Shown piece after piece: positions 32,401 through 43,000 of a stretch of 64,000 nt of DNA; the stretch's first letter is position 1, and every line of letters begins with the position of its first letter. Location of the stretch: NCBI GenBank assembly GCA_964354805.1, contig CAYHBD010000035.1, forward strand, positions 22,829-86,828, read 5' to 3'. Position numbers and translations under genes: made by a program. Under the pieces are notes generated by a model that was given only the letters and a program-made list of their open reading frames with translations, was not told where the DNA came from and ran no database searches. The stretch comes from an uncultured archaeon. GTDB taxonomy: Archaea > Iainarchaeota > Iainarchaeia > Iainarchaeales > GCA-2688035.

Positions 32401-35400
32401 ACAGTTGTTGTGCATAAATTTACGAACAGGATGGGCATTGCAGTGCTGCGGTTGCCCCAGCTGCAGCCTGGTGAAATAGTGCAGCTGATTGTTGGAAAGC
32501 CGAACTATGTTACGTTTGAAAAGGCACTGCAGGTTGACAGCAAGGTCATTGCAGTAAAGCCTGCAACAATCGGTGTTGCCCTGAACCCAAAAACAAAGGT
32601 TGAAGCAGATTCAGCTTTCGACATTGAAAACAAAACAGCGTTTGATTTGCAGATAAAGGGCATTAGATTAAGCGGAAAAACATTAGGCCTGATTGACGTT
32701 GAAAAAGTGAACAACTGGCTGTTTGGGTATGTTAATGAAACAATCAAATCAGATGAAATCAAGGACCTGCACTTGAAAACAATGCTAAGCGAAAAAGGAA
32801 AGAAAACAAGCCAGAGCCAGCAGATTGAAGCAACGCTTGACATAACTGTTGCAGCAGGCGGCAGCGAATGGGAGCAGCAGGTGCCGGTGAAAATAAGCAT
32901 TGGCTTGGGCGGAGAAACAGACGACCCAGGCTGCTTCACTGTTACAAGAAAAGAATGGAAAGGCAGCACTGAAGGAAACCCGATTGAAATAGAATTCGAA
33001 CTGCAGAACAACTGCAGCATTGAGGGCGCTCCTGTTGCATTGAAAAACATTTCCGGAAGAATTGAATGGCACTCAAACCAAGCAGGAACATTCAGCGTTA
33101 GAACTGAAAACAGCGCAATGGAGATAAGAAGCGGCTACAACAAGCAGTTCCTTGCAACAATTGAAAAAGAGCAGAGCATCAGCGTTGTGCTGCAATTCAC
33201 TCCGGATGCAGGCGTGAACGGAAAAGGTATTGCGGACATTGTTTTCCAGGCGGAAAACCCTACTGACACAACAACACAGGAACTTACGGACAAAATTGCC
33301 GCTGAAATCACAGTAGTGAACCTTGTTGACTGCATTGCATTCAGCAAAGACGTAATTGTGATAAAGCCGGAGAAAACAGATTCATTTGACATTGAGACAA
33401 TAAACTGCGGCCCTGTGAACGAAATAAGGCTTGAATCAGACCTTACAGTAAGCACCTCAAACTTTAAGCTTGGCAGCAAGGAAAGCAAAAAAATTGAAGT
33501 GCTGGCAGAAAAAAACATTCCCGGCCAATACCCAATAAAAGTGTTTGCCAAAGGAACAGACCAGGTGCAGTTCAAATTAATCAAAACAATCAGGGCAAGA
33601 ATCCTGAGCGATAAATGCTTTGAGCTTTCACGCTATGAATTCGATGTATTCGACAACCCTGACAACCCATACGACGGCTATGACACAGCAGAATTAATCA
33701 ACAACTGCTACGACAAGCAACTGCAAATAACAGTGAAATACGATGAAAAGGACTTAATGGAAGCAGCCAAAACAGGTGCTCTTGTCGGCTTGGGAATGGG
33801 ACTGCTCGGCGGGCTTTTAGGCGGCCAGACAGATGCAGCAACCGCCCAAACAGCAGCGACAGGGGCAGCAACAGCTGCTGCGCCAGTTAGCCCTAGCACT
33901 GGAGGTGCAGCAACAGGGGGAACAAGGGTAATAGGCAGCGGAGGAACAACAGCAATGCCAGCGGGGGCACCAGCAACAGGAGCAACAGGCGGAGCAGCGG
34001 TGGCAGGAACAACAGCCGCTAGCGGAACTAGGGTAATATCACCTAGTCAGGTAACATATGATCTAAGCGGTGGCGGAACGGCAACAGGAACATATATTAC
34101 TGTCAATGGGCAATCCCAGTTAATTGATGGATATGGAAATAAAGTTGCAGTTTACACAGAACAGCCAAAAGGCGTCCTCGATTACCTACAGGTCTGGAAC
34201 TGGGGCCAGCCAAAAATGGGCTGGGAAGCTGTGCCAAGTTATAGTGTAAACAATTCTACAACAGGCATAGATAGAGCAAACCCGGCACCCAGCGCTGCAA
34301 TCACATCTTCGCCAACTGGCTTTGCTTCAATGTTTGGAGGAGATAGCGGCGGCTTAGGCGGCGGTCTGTTAGGCAATCTTGTTATGGGGGCAGGCTCGGC
34401 AATTCTTGGAAAGCCCTCTTTTGCCGGCTGGGGAATTCAGGGATTCATGATTGGAACTTTGATGGCTTACAACAACCAGGAAAGCGGCACTTTCACTTTC
34501 CCAACAATCCAAAAGGATGTTATCTTTAAGGGCATTCAGCTGCTGATGCCAGGTGCAACATTGGAAGAGAACAAACTGGTTGAAACGCCTTCAACCGATA
34601 TTATTGCAAGGGATTTGGAAGAAACAAGCACTGAGCCAAAGCCTGAAGACAAGCGCTTGAGCACTGAGATCAGGAAAATCGGTTTCCTGAATACTACCGG
34701 TGTGGTGCAGCCTGATCCAGCAACGCCCTTGTTCAGGGTTCTCAAGGTTGATGCAGAGAGAGTGGAGTACCAAACAGAATATGATACAAAAGAAAACAAG
34801 ACCCCAAAAATCAAAGTGAAGGAAAGGAAAGAGAACAAGGAAAGATTCAGGCTGCAGTTCAATTCTTTCAATCCATTGCTTGTTGAGCCTGAAATGAGGC
34901 CGATTCCGAACTGCAAGCTTGGCACTGTTGTTGGAGTAACTGGACCGAGCGCTGTTCCAAAGGTTTCATTCAACTGGGACTGGGGCAGCATTGCAGAAGA
35001 TGCATGCGTTGAGGGAAATCCGAATTACGTTTACTGCGATGCAACGCAGTTCAGCATTGTTGTTTTGAAGAAGCTGCAGCGCCTGCAGCAGTTCATCGAA
35101 GAGCAAAAGCCCTTTGACTGCCCCACAGCCGCGACGGCAGGCGCGGTTAAAGAGCAGCCCTTGCTTGGAACGGCATACGATGTTGCAATAACAAAAGTGC
35201 AGGCAAACAAAGCCGGCACAGAAGATGCTAACATTGTTGTTTCAATTGAAAGCAATAACGGCGTAAGGATGGATGCCGAATTGAGGATTGATTTGAGCAA
35301 TGCAGCAACAGGCGAGCTGGCGAAAAGCTGCACCAGGGTTTTGAGTGTTTTGAGCAAAACAATTGAAAACTGCGAATTCAAGAACCTGGGCGAAGGGCAG

Positions 35401-36888
35401 TATAAAGTGAGGGCAAGCGTTAGCGCAACATTATGCCCGACATGCGAAAACAGCAGCCCGGAAAACGATTCAATTGAAGCAGTGCTTGCAATAGGCTCTG
35501 CAGGCGTTGCCGAATGCGATCCTTTCAACACCAAAAGGCTGCCGTTGTTCATTGAGGCAACAGAGGCAGCCGGAAACTCGGGCTGGAATGCCCAGCAGAG
35601 GGAGCAAATCCTTAAAACAATCAAATTCAATGCTTTCCTGATGCAGGATGCTTTCACTGACGATTTCAGGAAAGACTTTGACATGTTCTGCAAGCAGCAG
35701 AGCTTTTTTGACTGCCCAGAATACTATCTGGAAGAGACAGGCCTGCATAAGTTCTTTGCAGACCAAGACAGGTTCAAGTTCGATTACAGCATGGCTCCGC
35801 ATGCGCCGGCTGACGCAGGAAAGTACACTGTCACAATAAACATTGAATTCGACAACAAAAACTGGGATTTGTTTTCAGCCAATGAGCCGAGCGCAAAGAT
35901 TTCAATTGAAATGGTCAAGCTGTCAACGCCCGAACCTGACAGCCCGTTTTATTACATACCATTTGACGGATTGATTGGAATTGACAGCATGGACGGCAGG
36001 CAGGGCTATGGCATAAACTTCAGGCAGACAAGCGAGGAAACAATCAAGATAAATAACAGCAGGGAACAGCCCATTGTAAGCAGCACTATTGCAAACAGCA
36101 CTCCAGTGCTGGACGGATGGATTGAAGCAGGCAGGAACGACAGTTTCAGGAGGCTGAACCTGGATTCAAGAGGCATACTGCTTGATGTGAGTGCAGCAGC
36201 CGATTCAACAAAGGTTACGCTTAGCCCGAGCTATGCAACGCCTGTTATAATGCAGGTTGACTATGAAAAAGGAGAGCACGCTTACGGCTTTTACTCAATT
36301 GAGGTGGATACAGCCGAACAAATAATTGGAGAGGAAACAATTGGCGGCAGCCCGCAGGCTGCTTTCAGCAAAATGATTGCATGGAGCGGAATCGGACCTG
36401 TATGCAGGGACTTCGGTGACAGGCCTGTTATGGAGGCATGGCAGGATACATGGGATGAGCATGGAGGCATAACAGGCAACCAGCAGTGCGCTATTGGAAC
36501 AGACATAACCGATTACGGCATTGAATGGTGCAATCCAATCAGGAAGGGCAGCGTTTTCCTGGAAGGAGTGATATTCACTCCGCAGAACAGCACAAGCCTG
36601 ATGAAAAGGGCAACCTACAGCGATAATATGACTTTGATTTCAGCCGGCAACAAGGGCAGCCAGATTGCATTGAACGGCGTGCCAGGGATGGCGTTCAACA
36701 GCTTTGGCGCAAACGGCATTGATTCTCTGGAGGATGTGCTTGAATTGGTCAAAGACAACAAGGTTTGCCTTATAGGGCAGGGAAACAGGATCAGCGCAAA
36801 GTTCTTCTGGAATCCAAAAGCAGTTTTGGAAGTGCTGGCTGCGGAAAGAGACAAGGCAGCAGAGAAATGCATCAAGATAAAACAGTAA
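29479..36888 (+). CDS. Giant membrane-anchored surface protein, paralog 3 (2469 aa)
   Basis: MALEGLKNAYFKAEDKWY...VPSF plus a TM; shared scaffold (YRTWG, IGLGGETDD..C, YCDATQFSI, SPSYATP, FFWNPKAV); Ala/Thr/Gly insert flanked by Gly-zipper helices. Confidence 0.9.
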   Translation: MALEGLKNAYFKAEDKWYAATERIGLSGLVDRIDKVVPSFALFLFIVVVLLIAGFFMLPGIMPSGAVFSFKAIDEDGAAISNVTVTVLAADGTQLASEKTGPSGETKQITLPIGKEIEIKAEKEGWQQFKKTITVSTSMLPYEITLASAEEVTYTISLKDSLGQPVREAVTLTFQCRNSAIQPWSETVSSGSTTVTEPANCNGLVASVTSSNFQPVESVSITQQNQSIFLLAITGDKATINVELLFNGQMVSEAVSVHLFKDNGTDAGIGPVETAVSENGRAVFLADAGKYFVKSSSYGSFAATKSQAFTIAAGGQQTVQLPLQKNIVGTIRLSIIDEKTGKAVGDATVFLRLGSEEIDSKETSLDNNALVEFPVTQDTTYTAVVDHGKYCLKVLNDVKIEGITRQVKLKPFTAECGGTLKVKVLDQDGRLVKGATVGLYTEEGFSAGFTTKTTDLNGIASFERVPSGTYKAFAFKGTVGNWSEPANFVQRTAEKTILTVVLNVANGTLSVKVVDDEGTPLQFAHVTFVDAITNEPTCDKLKEPTCTGTMIVEDINGIVELATRADKKVYIVATKDGYANFTSIAKPVLPEGTQQFTAILPKKIIQGEVQIELKGIFKNGKSISVLAPGEKYDALFNVRIPANKGYDRIGMHVRTGTHNAMELDKIVLKEINVGGKTAIIMATTYSQTEGYAIDSQHLSTDEGKWANIEWLENTTGIIEVAATVRVKETATSEDELLLFYRTWGIANSAYKRDPLDNDLGEAESIAGKDALYANAKQNTFQVGAESQCDELFCFSANILDVAENLTTSATDSFNAKAFKAYKLGFTVLNNSKHETDTYIDAELKIANEDEMLLMQDYKIYGAQSQMVEGMTEGASTEWVEVGNIQLNNTVNGTLNFTPQKSGSALLSVQIRSGNMIRFDKKIAINIAAEKEMNVVIAPETLPSGMETDLTVTAKDKKTGAEINEALVKVKDRFGTVVVHKFTNRMGIAVLRLPQLQPGEIVQLIVGKPNYVTFEKALQVDSKVIAVKPATIGVALNPKTKVEADSAFDIENKTAFDLQIKGIRLSGKTLGLIDVEKVNNWLFGYVNETIKSDEIKDLHLKTMLSEKGKKTSQSQQIEATLDITVAAGGSEWEQQVPVKISIGLGGETDDPGCFTVTRKEWKGSTEGNPIEIEFELQNNCSIEGAPVALKNISGRIEWHSNQAGTFSVRTENSAMEIRSGYNKQFLATIEKEQSISVVLQFTPDAGVNGKGIADIVFQAENPTDTTTQELTDKIAAEITVVNLVDCIAFSKDVIVIKPEKTDSFDIETINCGPVNEIRLESDLTVSTSNFKLGSKESKKIEVLAEKNIPGQYPIKVFAKGTDQVQFKLIKTIRARILSDKCFELSRYEFDVFDNPDNPYDGYDTAELINNCYDKQLQITVKYDEKDLMEAAKTGALVGLGMGLLGGLLGGQTDAATAQTAATGAATAAAPVSPSTGGAATGGTRVIGSGGTTAMPAGAPATGATGGAAVAGTTAASGTRVISPSQVTYDLSGGGTATGTYITVNGQSQLIDGYGNKVAVYTEQPKGVLDYLQVWNWGQPKMGWEAVPSYSVNNSTTGIDRANPAPSAAITSSPTGFASMFGGDSGGLGGGLLGNLVMGAGSAILGKPSFAGWGIQGFMIGTLMAYNNQESGTFTFPTIQKDVIFKGIQLLMPGATLEENKLVETPSTDIIARDLEETSTEPKPEDKRLSTEIRKIGFLNTTGVVQPDPATPLFRVLKVDAERVEYQTEYDTKENKTPKIKVKERKENKERFRLQFNSFNPLLVEPEMRPIPNCKLGTVVGVTGPSAVPKVSFNWDWGSIAEDACVEGNPNYVYCDATQFSIVVLKKLQRLQQFIEEQKPFDCPTAATAGAVKEQPLLGTAYDVAITKVQANKAGTEDANIVVSIESNNGVRMDAELRIDLSNAATGELAKSCTRVLSVLSKTIENCEFKNLGEGQYKVRASVSATLCPTCENSSPENDSIEAVLAIGSAGVAECDPFNTKRLPLFIEATEAAGNSGWNAQQREQILKTIKFNAFLMQDAFTDDFRKDFDMFCKQQSFFDCPEYYLEETGLHKFFADQDRFKFDYSMAPHAPADAGKYTVTINIEFDNKNWDLFSANEPSAKISIEMVKLSTPEPDSPFYYIPFDGLIGIDSMDGRQGYGINFRQTSEETIKINNSREQPIVSSTIANSTPVLDGWIEAGRNDSFRRLNLDSRGILLDVSAAADSTKVTLSPSYATPVIMQVDYEKGEHAYGFYSIEVDTAEQIIGEETIGGSPQAAFSKMIAWSGIGPVCRDFGDRPVMEAWQDTWDEHGGITGNQQCAIGTDITDYGIEWCNPIRKGSVFLEGVIFTPQNSTSLMKRATYSDNMTLISAGNKGSQIALNGVPGMAFNSFGANGIDSLEDVLELVKDNKVCLIGQGNRISAKFFWNPKAVLEVLAAERDKAAEKCIKIKQ

Positions 36889-37056
36889 AAAGGAAGAATT
36901 AAAATAAAGAATGTTAATTTGAAAAAAAATTAATCAATTAATATTTTTGGTAGCAATAAAAAAATTTCAAGCAATGTATTCCCAAAAATTTAAATAAAAT
37001 TATTGGCAATCAAATAAAAAAAATAATTAATCAATCAATTCGGTTGGTTGAGCAAA

Positions 37057-40000
37057 ATGGGTCTGCACGATTTGTACACTGCCATGGAAGACAAATGGTA
37101 TGGCGTATTAGACAAAATCGACAACCATCTGCCAATCTACAAAATAATTGACCCAATTGACAAGGCAGTGCCTTCTTTTGTTTTGTTCATTGCCGTAATT
37201 GCAATTATCGCTGCTTTTCTTATTCTGCCAATGCTGGCGCCTGTTGCAACACAGGTCAGAGTAACAGTGCTTGTTGCTAACGACGAAGACAATCCCCTGG
37301 AAGGGGTAACAGTTGATTACACAATCGAGGGAACAATTAACAGCGCTAAAACAAACGCTGAAGGAAAAGCCCAGTTCAATGCGCCATTTGAATCAAGCGT
37401 TGGCATAAGCATTCCTGACACAACAATAAAAGGCGTTGAATACGCTGGCGCAACAATGGAAATCACATTGGGAAAAGAATCAACAGAAAGCAAAAAAATA
37501 ACCTTGACAAAAAAAGCAGCGGCAATTGAAAGAACAATTATTTTCCAAAACAGCGCTGGCGAAAGAATAACAGGCGAAACAATAAGAATAAGGCTGAGTT
37601 GCCAGAACCCTGTAGCAAAGCTGCTGAAAACCGATGCAATTGATGAGGACAAGGATGGTGAAATAAAAGTAACAGAGCCGGCTGACTGCAGGCTGCTGCA
37701 GGCAACAATAATTGCGCCGGCCAAATTCAAGCAGAAAAGCTACAACATTTCAAACAGCACCCAAACACTGCAGCTGGAAGAACTGGACATTGCAAAGGGC
37801 GCTGTAAGGGTGAAAATAAAAGACGAAAGCGGCAATCTGCTGACTGAAACAAATTTTTCAGTGAGGCTGCTTGAAACAGACGGCAGCCTGGTGAATGAAA
37901 AATACAGCAGGAACTACGGCGAGGCTTTTTTCACGGAGGTAAAAATTGGCACGTACAATGCAAGCGTTTCTGACGATGCAGGCGATTATGCCCTGGCAAC
38001 AGCCGAAGGAATTGAGGTAAAAGTGAATGAAACAACCCAGGCCGATGTAAGAGTGAGCAAAACCATCAAGGCAAAAATAACAGTCCAGGTGATTGACAAG
38101 GCAAGCAAGAAAGCGATTGCAAATGCAACAGTGAAACTGCTGAACGCTGATGACAGGGTATTGGATGAGAAAAGCACTGGCAGCGAAGCAAAAAGCATTG
38201 TATTCTCGCTGAGTGATACACTAACTTATACCCTGCAGGCATCGCACGCTGATTATTTGTATGAAGAAGTAAAAGTGGAAAAGGCAGCAGCAGACACTGC
38301 CATAACAATTGAACTGGAAAAGCTGACAGCCCTGAACAGCGGCAGGGTTGAAGTAAAAGTTGTTGATGAAGAAAACAAGCCAGTCCACAAAGCAAAGGTA
38401 AAGCTGCGCTTCCTTGAAAGCGGAATGCTTGTTCCAATAGAGCCTGTTTTTACCGACACAAACGGCATAGCGCAGTTTAAGGGAGTGAAAGCAGGCAGCT
38501 ATTACGCTTATGCGGAAAAATTCCCTGCATCGGGCGACAACAAGACAGAGGGAAAGGAAATTGACATTAGGGAAACAACGCGCTTCAAGATTGAGATGTT
38601 TATCGGAAAAACAATGGTTACGGTAAAAGCGGTTGATGAGGACAGCAAGCAGGTGCCTGAAGCAGAAGCTGAATTCTTTGCGGAAAGCGGCGAAAGCCTT
38701 GGAAAAATCGCTTTGACTGACGGAACAGGGAAATTCGAATTGAAAGCCGACAAAAGGGTTTTTGTTATTGTAAGCCATTCTGATTATATGCCAGTCCAGA
38801 CAATGCCCCAGCAGTTATTCCCATCGCAAAAAATCGAGTTCGTTGCAAAAATGGAGCCACGCCTTGTTTTAGGCGACCCGAAAGTGCAGTTTGAAGGGGT
38901 CTTTGATTCAGCAGGAAAACAGGTGCAGATGCTAAAAGCAGGAAACAAATACATAGTGAAATTCAAGCTAAGCATTCCATCCAGCGGAAATTTTAGGCAG
39001 GCAGGCTTACATTTCAGGGTTGGCGACGAGCAGTTCTCAGCAAACGACCCGCTTGTAATAAATGACATTATCGCCGGCGGAATTGACGCGCCATTACGTG
39101 GCACCAGCTTCACTCCACCGGCAGGATATGCTGATGATGAGCAGAATTTAACAGAGGGAGATGCAAAATGGGCAAACATTTTCTGGAATGGGCTGCAGCC
39201 GATGAATTACTATTTCGGATTTGAGATAAGGGTGAAAAGCCAGGTAATGCCATACACAAAGCTGTCAATGCATTACAGGGCATGGGCAATTGACGAATCA
39301 GGAGATTACATCAGGGCGCCAGCAGATTCAGCCCTTGGCTCAGCCGAATCAACGGCAGAAAAGCAGGCATTGTACGCGGAAAAATATACTGTGCAATTTT
39401 TGGAGGGTTCGCCGGCCAAATGCGAGGAAGACTTCTGCTATAGCGGTGAAAGCATTCTGGATGAGGACAAAGGGCTGTTTGTAATTGAACCATACCAGCT
39501 GAATGCAGGCGCTCCGCACAAGCTGACATTTGATATTATAAACAACAGCGAAAGGCAATACAGCAGCGCCAAATTATACATAACCACTGTTGGCCTGACA
39601 ATCGACAGCTACAAAATAAAGAACGCTGATGCCAGGGAAATAAGCGCTGCACTACTTGCCACCAAAAAAATCGAGGAAATTGACCTGGGTGAATTCACCA
39701 AAGGAAAGAGCATTAACAGCATTGTCCATTTCAACGCCTCTGCAATCGGAAATGCCTCAATTGAAATAAAAATAATTGCAGATGCAAGAACTGTTTTCCT
39801 GCGCACAATTACGGCAGCAGTTGAAAGCGAAAAACAGATGCACATTTCAATTGACCCTGCTTTAATAGCAGCGTATATACCAAACAGGGTGCAAATAAGC
39901 GCAAGCGAAGATATTGGCGGGCAGACATTCGGCGTTGACAACGCGCTTGTAAGGCTGACAATAACCCATCCAAACAAGGTAACGCAGTTCTTTAAAAACA

Positions 40001-43000
40001 ACACAAACGGACTTGGCAAAGCAGCATTTGATTTGCCTGCACTGCAGCCCAGCACAAAAATCGTCATTGAGGTGGAAAAGCCTGGCTATTATGCAGCTCC
40101 GCTTGAGCTGTTTGTTGACAGCAACATACTGCGCTTTGACCCAAATGAAATACGCTCGCAGCTTGACACAAGAGGCATGAAAGAGCAGACATTTGCTGTT
40201 GCCGTCCAGAACATGACAGGCATGGATGTTGAAATAAAAAACATTGCATTAAGCGGGCAGTTCAAGGGCCTGCTTGACCAGGCAACAATGCTGAATTTCA
40301 CAAAACAATACATCGGCACAAAAATCAAGGCAGGGACCAGCATTACAAGGGAAATGTTCAAAACAAAGCTGAGTGAAAATGCAAAACAGCTGCTGTTGAG
40401 GAATGAAAAACTTAACGGGCAATTTATCATAACAGCAACAAACAATGAAAGAACAATCACATGGGACATGATTGTGCCATTGCAGGCTGCCATTTCAATA
40501 GGAGAACTGCCAGACAATGCACCCTGCATTGTTGTATCAAAACAGGAATGGGACAGTTCAACCGTTGAAAACATTGCAACAATAGAGTTTGAAGTGCAGA
40601 ACAGCTGCATGTCAGGCAGCAACTTTGTTGAGCTGGACAACCTGCAGGCAAAAATGGAATGGCAGGGAGATGCAATAGGAACAGTTGAACTCACAATAAT
40701 TGAAGCAGAAACAGGCGCAAGCAACAGCGCTGTTTTACGCCCGGAAATTTGGACACAGTTGTTCAAAACAATAAGGCCTGATTCAACCTATTACGCAATG
40801 CTGAGCTTTACCCCAAAGCAGGGGCATATTGGAGAAACAGCGAAATTCACTGTTTTGATTGACGGCCAGATTGCAACAGGCGCAGGCTTGACCTTTGTGG
40901 GAGCAAAGCCAGAGGCAATTAATTCAACAATCAAGGTAATCAACCTGCAGCAATGCATCAAATACCAGGACGCGGAAAACATTGTGAAAATGGCCGGAGG
41001 GCAGAATGACACAAAGTTCACAGTTGACACAAGCGATTGCGGCAATATTGCTGTATCAATCGAGTTATGCAGGCAGAACCCGAACTGCGCCGGCGGGGCA
41101 GAGGGCGGAATTATGGTAACACCGCTTTCCTTTACATTAACCAAGGACAATCCTTCAAAAGAAATAAGCGTTGGCAGGCAGAGCATTCCAGGAATGTATG
41201 GAATAAACGTTGAGGCAAAAGTGCCTGGAACTTCCTTCAGGGAAGTGAACAACATTGACATATTAATTGAGCCTGCAGCAAAAACAGATTTTTCTTTGGA
41301 GAAATACGAATTGAACATTAAGGGAATTGGAGCAAAGGATGAGGCAATGCTTTCAAACAGCGCTTTGGCTGAACAAATCCAGGTTGATGCCTCTGCCTGC
41401 GACTGGGGAACAGCAGAAGAGAAAGGAATGTTTGATTTGGCAGGAGCAGGAATGGGGGCAGCAGTTGCAGCACTGATGGGAGCGCAAACCGCAATCCAGG
41501 AAGCAAGCAAGGGTGCAAAAGGAATAAGCAACGCAAAATATACCGATATGACAGGCTCGCTAAGGCAGGCTGATGCTGCAAGGAATGCAGCTGACACAGC
41601 AAACCAAAAAACTGAAGCAGCGAAAAATGCCTGTGGCAAAGCCAATGACGCAATAGAAGATGCAGACGAGGGGACAAATGGTGCAAAGACAAAATCAGAT
41701 GGGATAACCCTTAATTGCGATACTGGGGGTGTCAAGGGCGCTCTGGTGTCCATAACAACCCAAACAGCAGATGCCAAAAACCAATCAAAAGAGACATTTG
41801 TAGACAGAGTTGGGACCTCTTTTAAGGCAAGCAGCTCAATTTTCGGAACATCACAATCCATGTTTTCAAATACATTTACAAGCCATACAACTGCAGCAGC
41901 AAAAGGCTCGGGCAGCGTTTCATCAGATCCAAATGCTTCAATTTCCCAAATTGATATGGCCATCGCTAATGTTGACAAGGCAATTGCAGACATGCAGGAA
42001 AACATTCAATTGTTAACTGATATGAAATCAGAAGCTGTTGACATTAAAGAAATACTTCAAGCTGCAGAACAAAAAACAGGGGAAGCGAAACCAAAGTCGA
42101 CTACAACTCAAGGTAATTGTAATGCCCACTGTAGGCCACCGTATGATGAAACCTGCTGCAGTTCAGTAGGGCCTGCAGGTCAAACTGTAATAGCCATAAA
42201 TGATGCATACCCAAAGATAGATACCTCAATTCAGAAAACAGCTGAAGCTGAAACGGCAATTAATGATGCGCTTGGTGCATCAACAACTGCACTGCAGCAA
42301 CTGCAGGCTGCGAGAACAGAACTCCTTTTAGCAAAAGCCTCAATGCAAAGGCAGGCACTTACAATGAATGCAGCAGAGGGGACTGCAGGCTTTGACAGGG
42401 GAAAGTTTTTGGGAATTCTTGGAACTTACGCTGCATTGGGGGCAGTTGCAGGCGGCCTGATGGGCGGAGCTTTTGGCGACGACCCATGCGACCAGAGGGT
42501 TACCGGCACTTTGATGGATTACGTAATGAATCTGAAGACTGATGCCCTGCCGGTCAAGATGGATAAAACAGGCATTGCAGCGCAATGGCAGACTGATGAT
42601 GCGCAGGTGTTCGGCACTTATGACAAGCAGCAGGTTGGAATTGAATTCACAAATATGGCAATTGAAGAGGGCAGGCCTGTTTACGCTACAACAACAATCA
42701 GCGCAACAAGACATTATCATGCTGTGGAAAAAACTGTTATTAAAGAAGGGGGCAGCTTTGCTCCCTTTAAAGTGCCAGACCAGCGAACTGAAACATATGT
42801 GCAGAAATTCCACCTTAAATTCAACACAAAAGAGGTTGTTGAACAGATTCCGCCATTGCCAATGGAGGAAAGCTGCCTGATGGGAACACTTATTGGGGCA
42901 ACGGGCGAAGAAGCGCTGCCAAAGGTGAAGCTTAACTGGAGCTGGAGCGAAACAAGCGGCATTGGCTTGAATGAATGCGATTACCTGAATGATGATGCTG

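Noticed and set aside
36889-36920. Possible further 3'-end echoes after giant paralog 3 (IKIK), and after the 46089, 57597 and 59203 stops
   Set aside because: Similarity is too weak in A-rich sequence to count without a statistical test.
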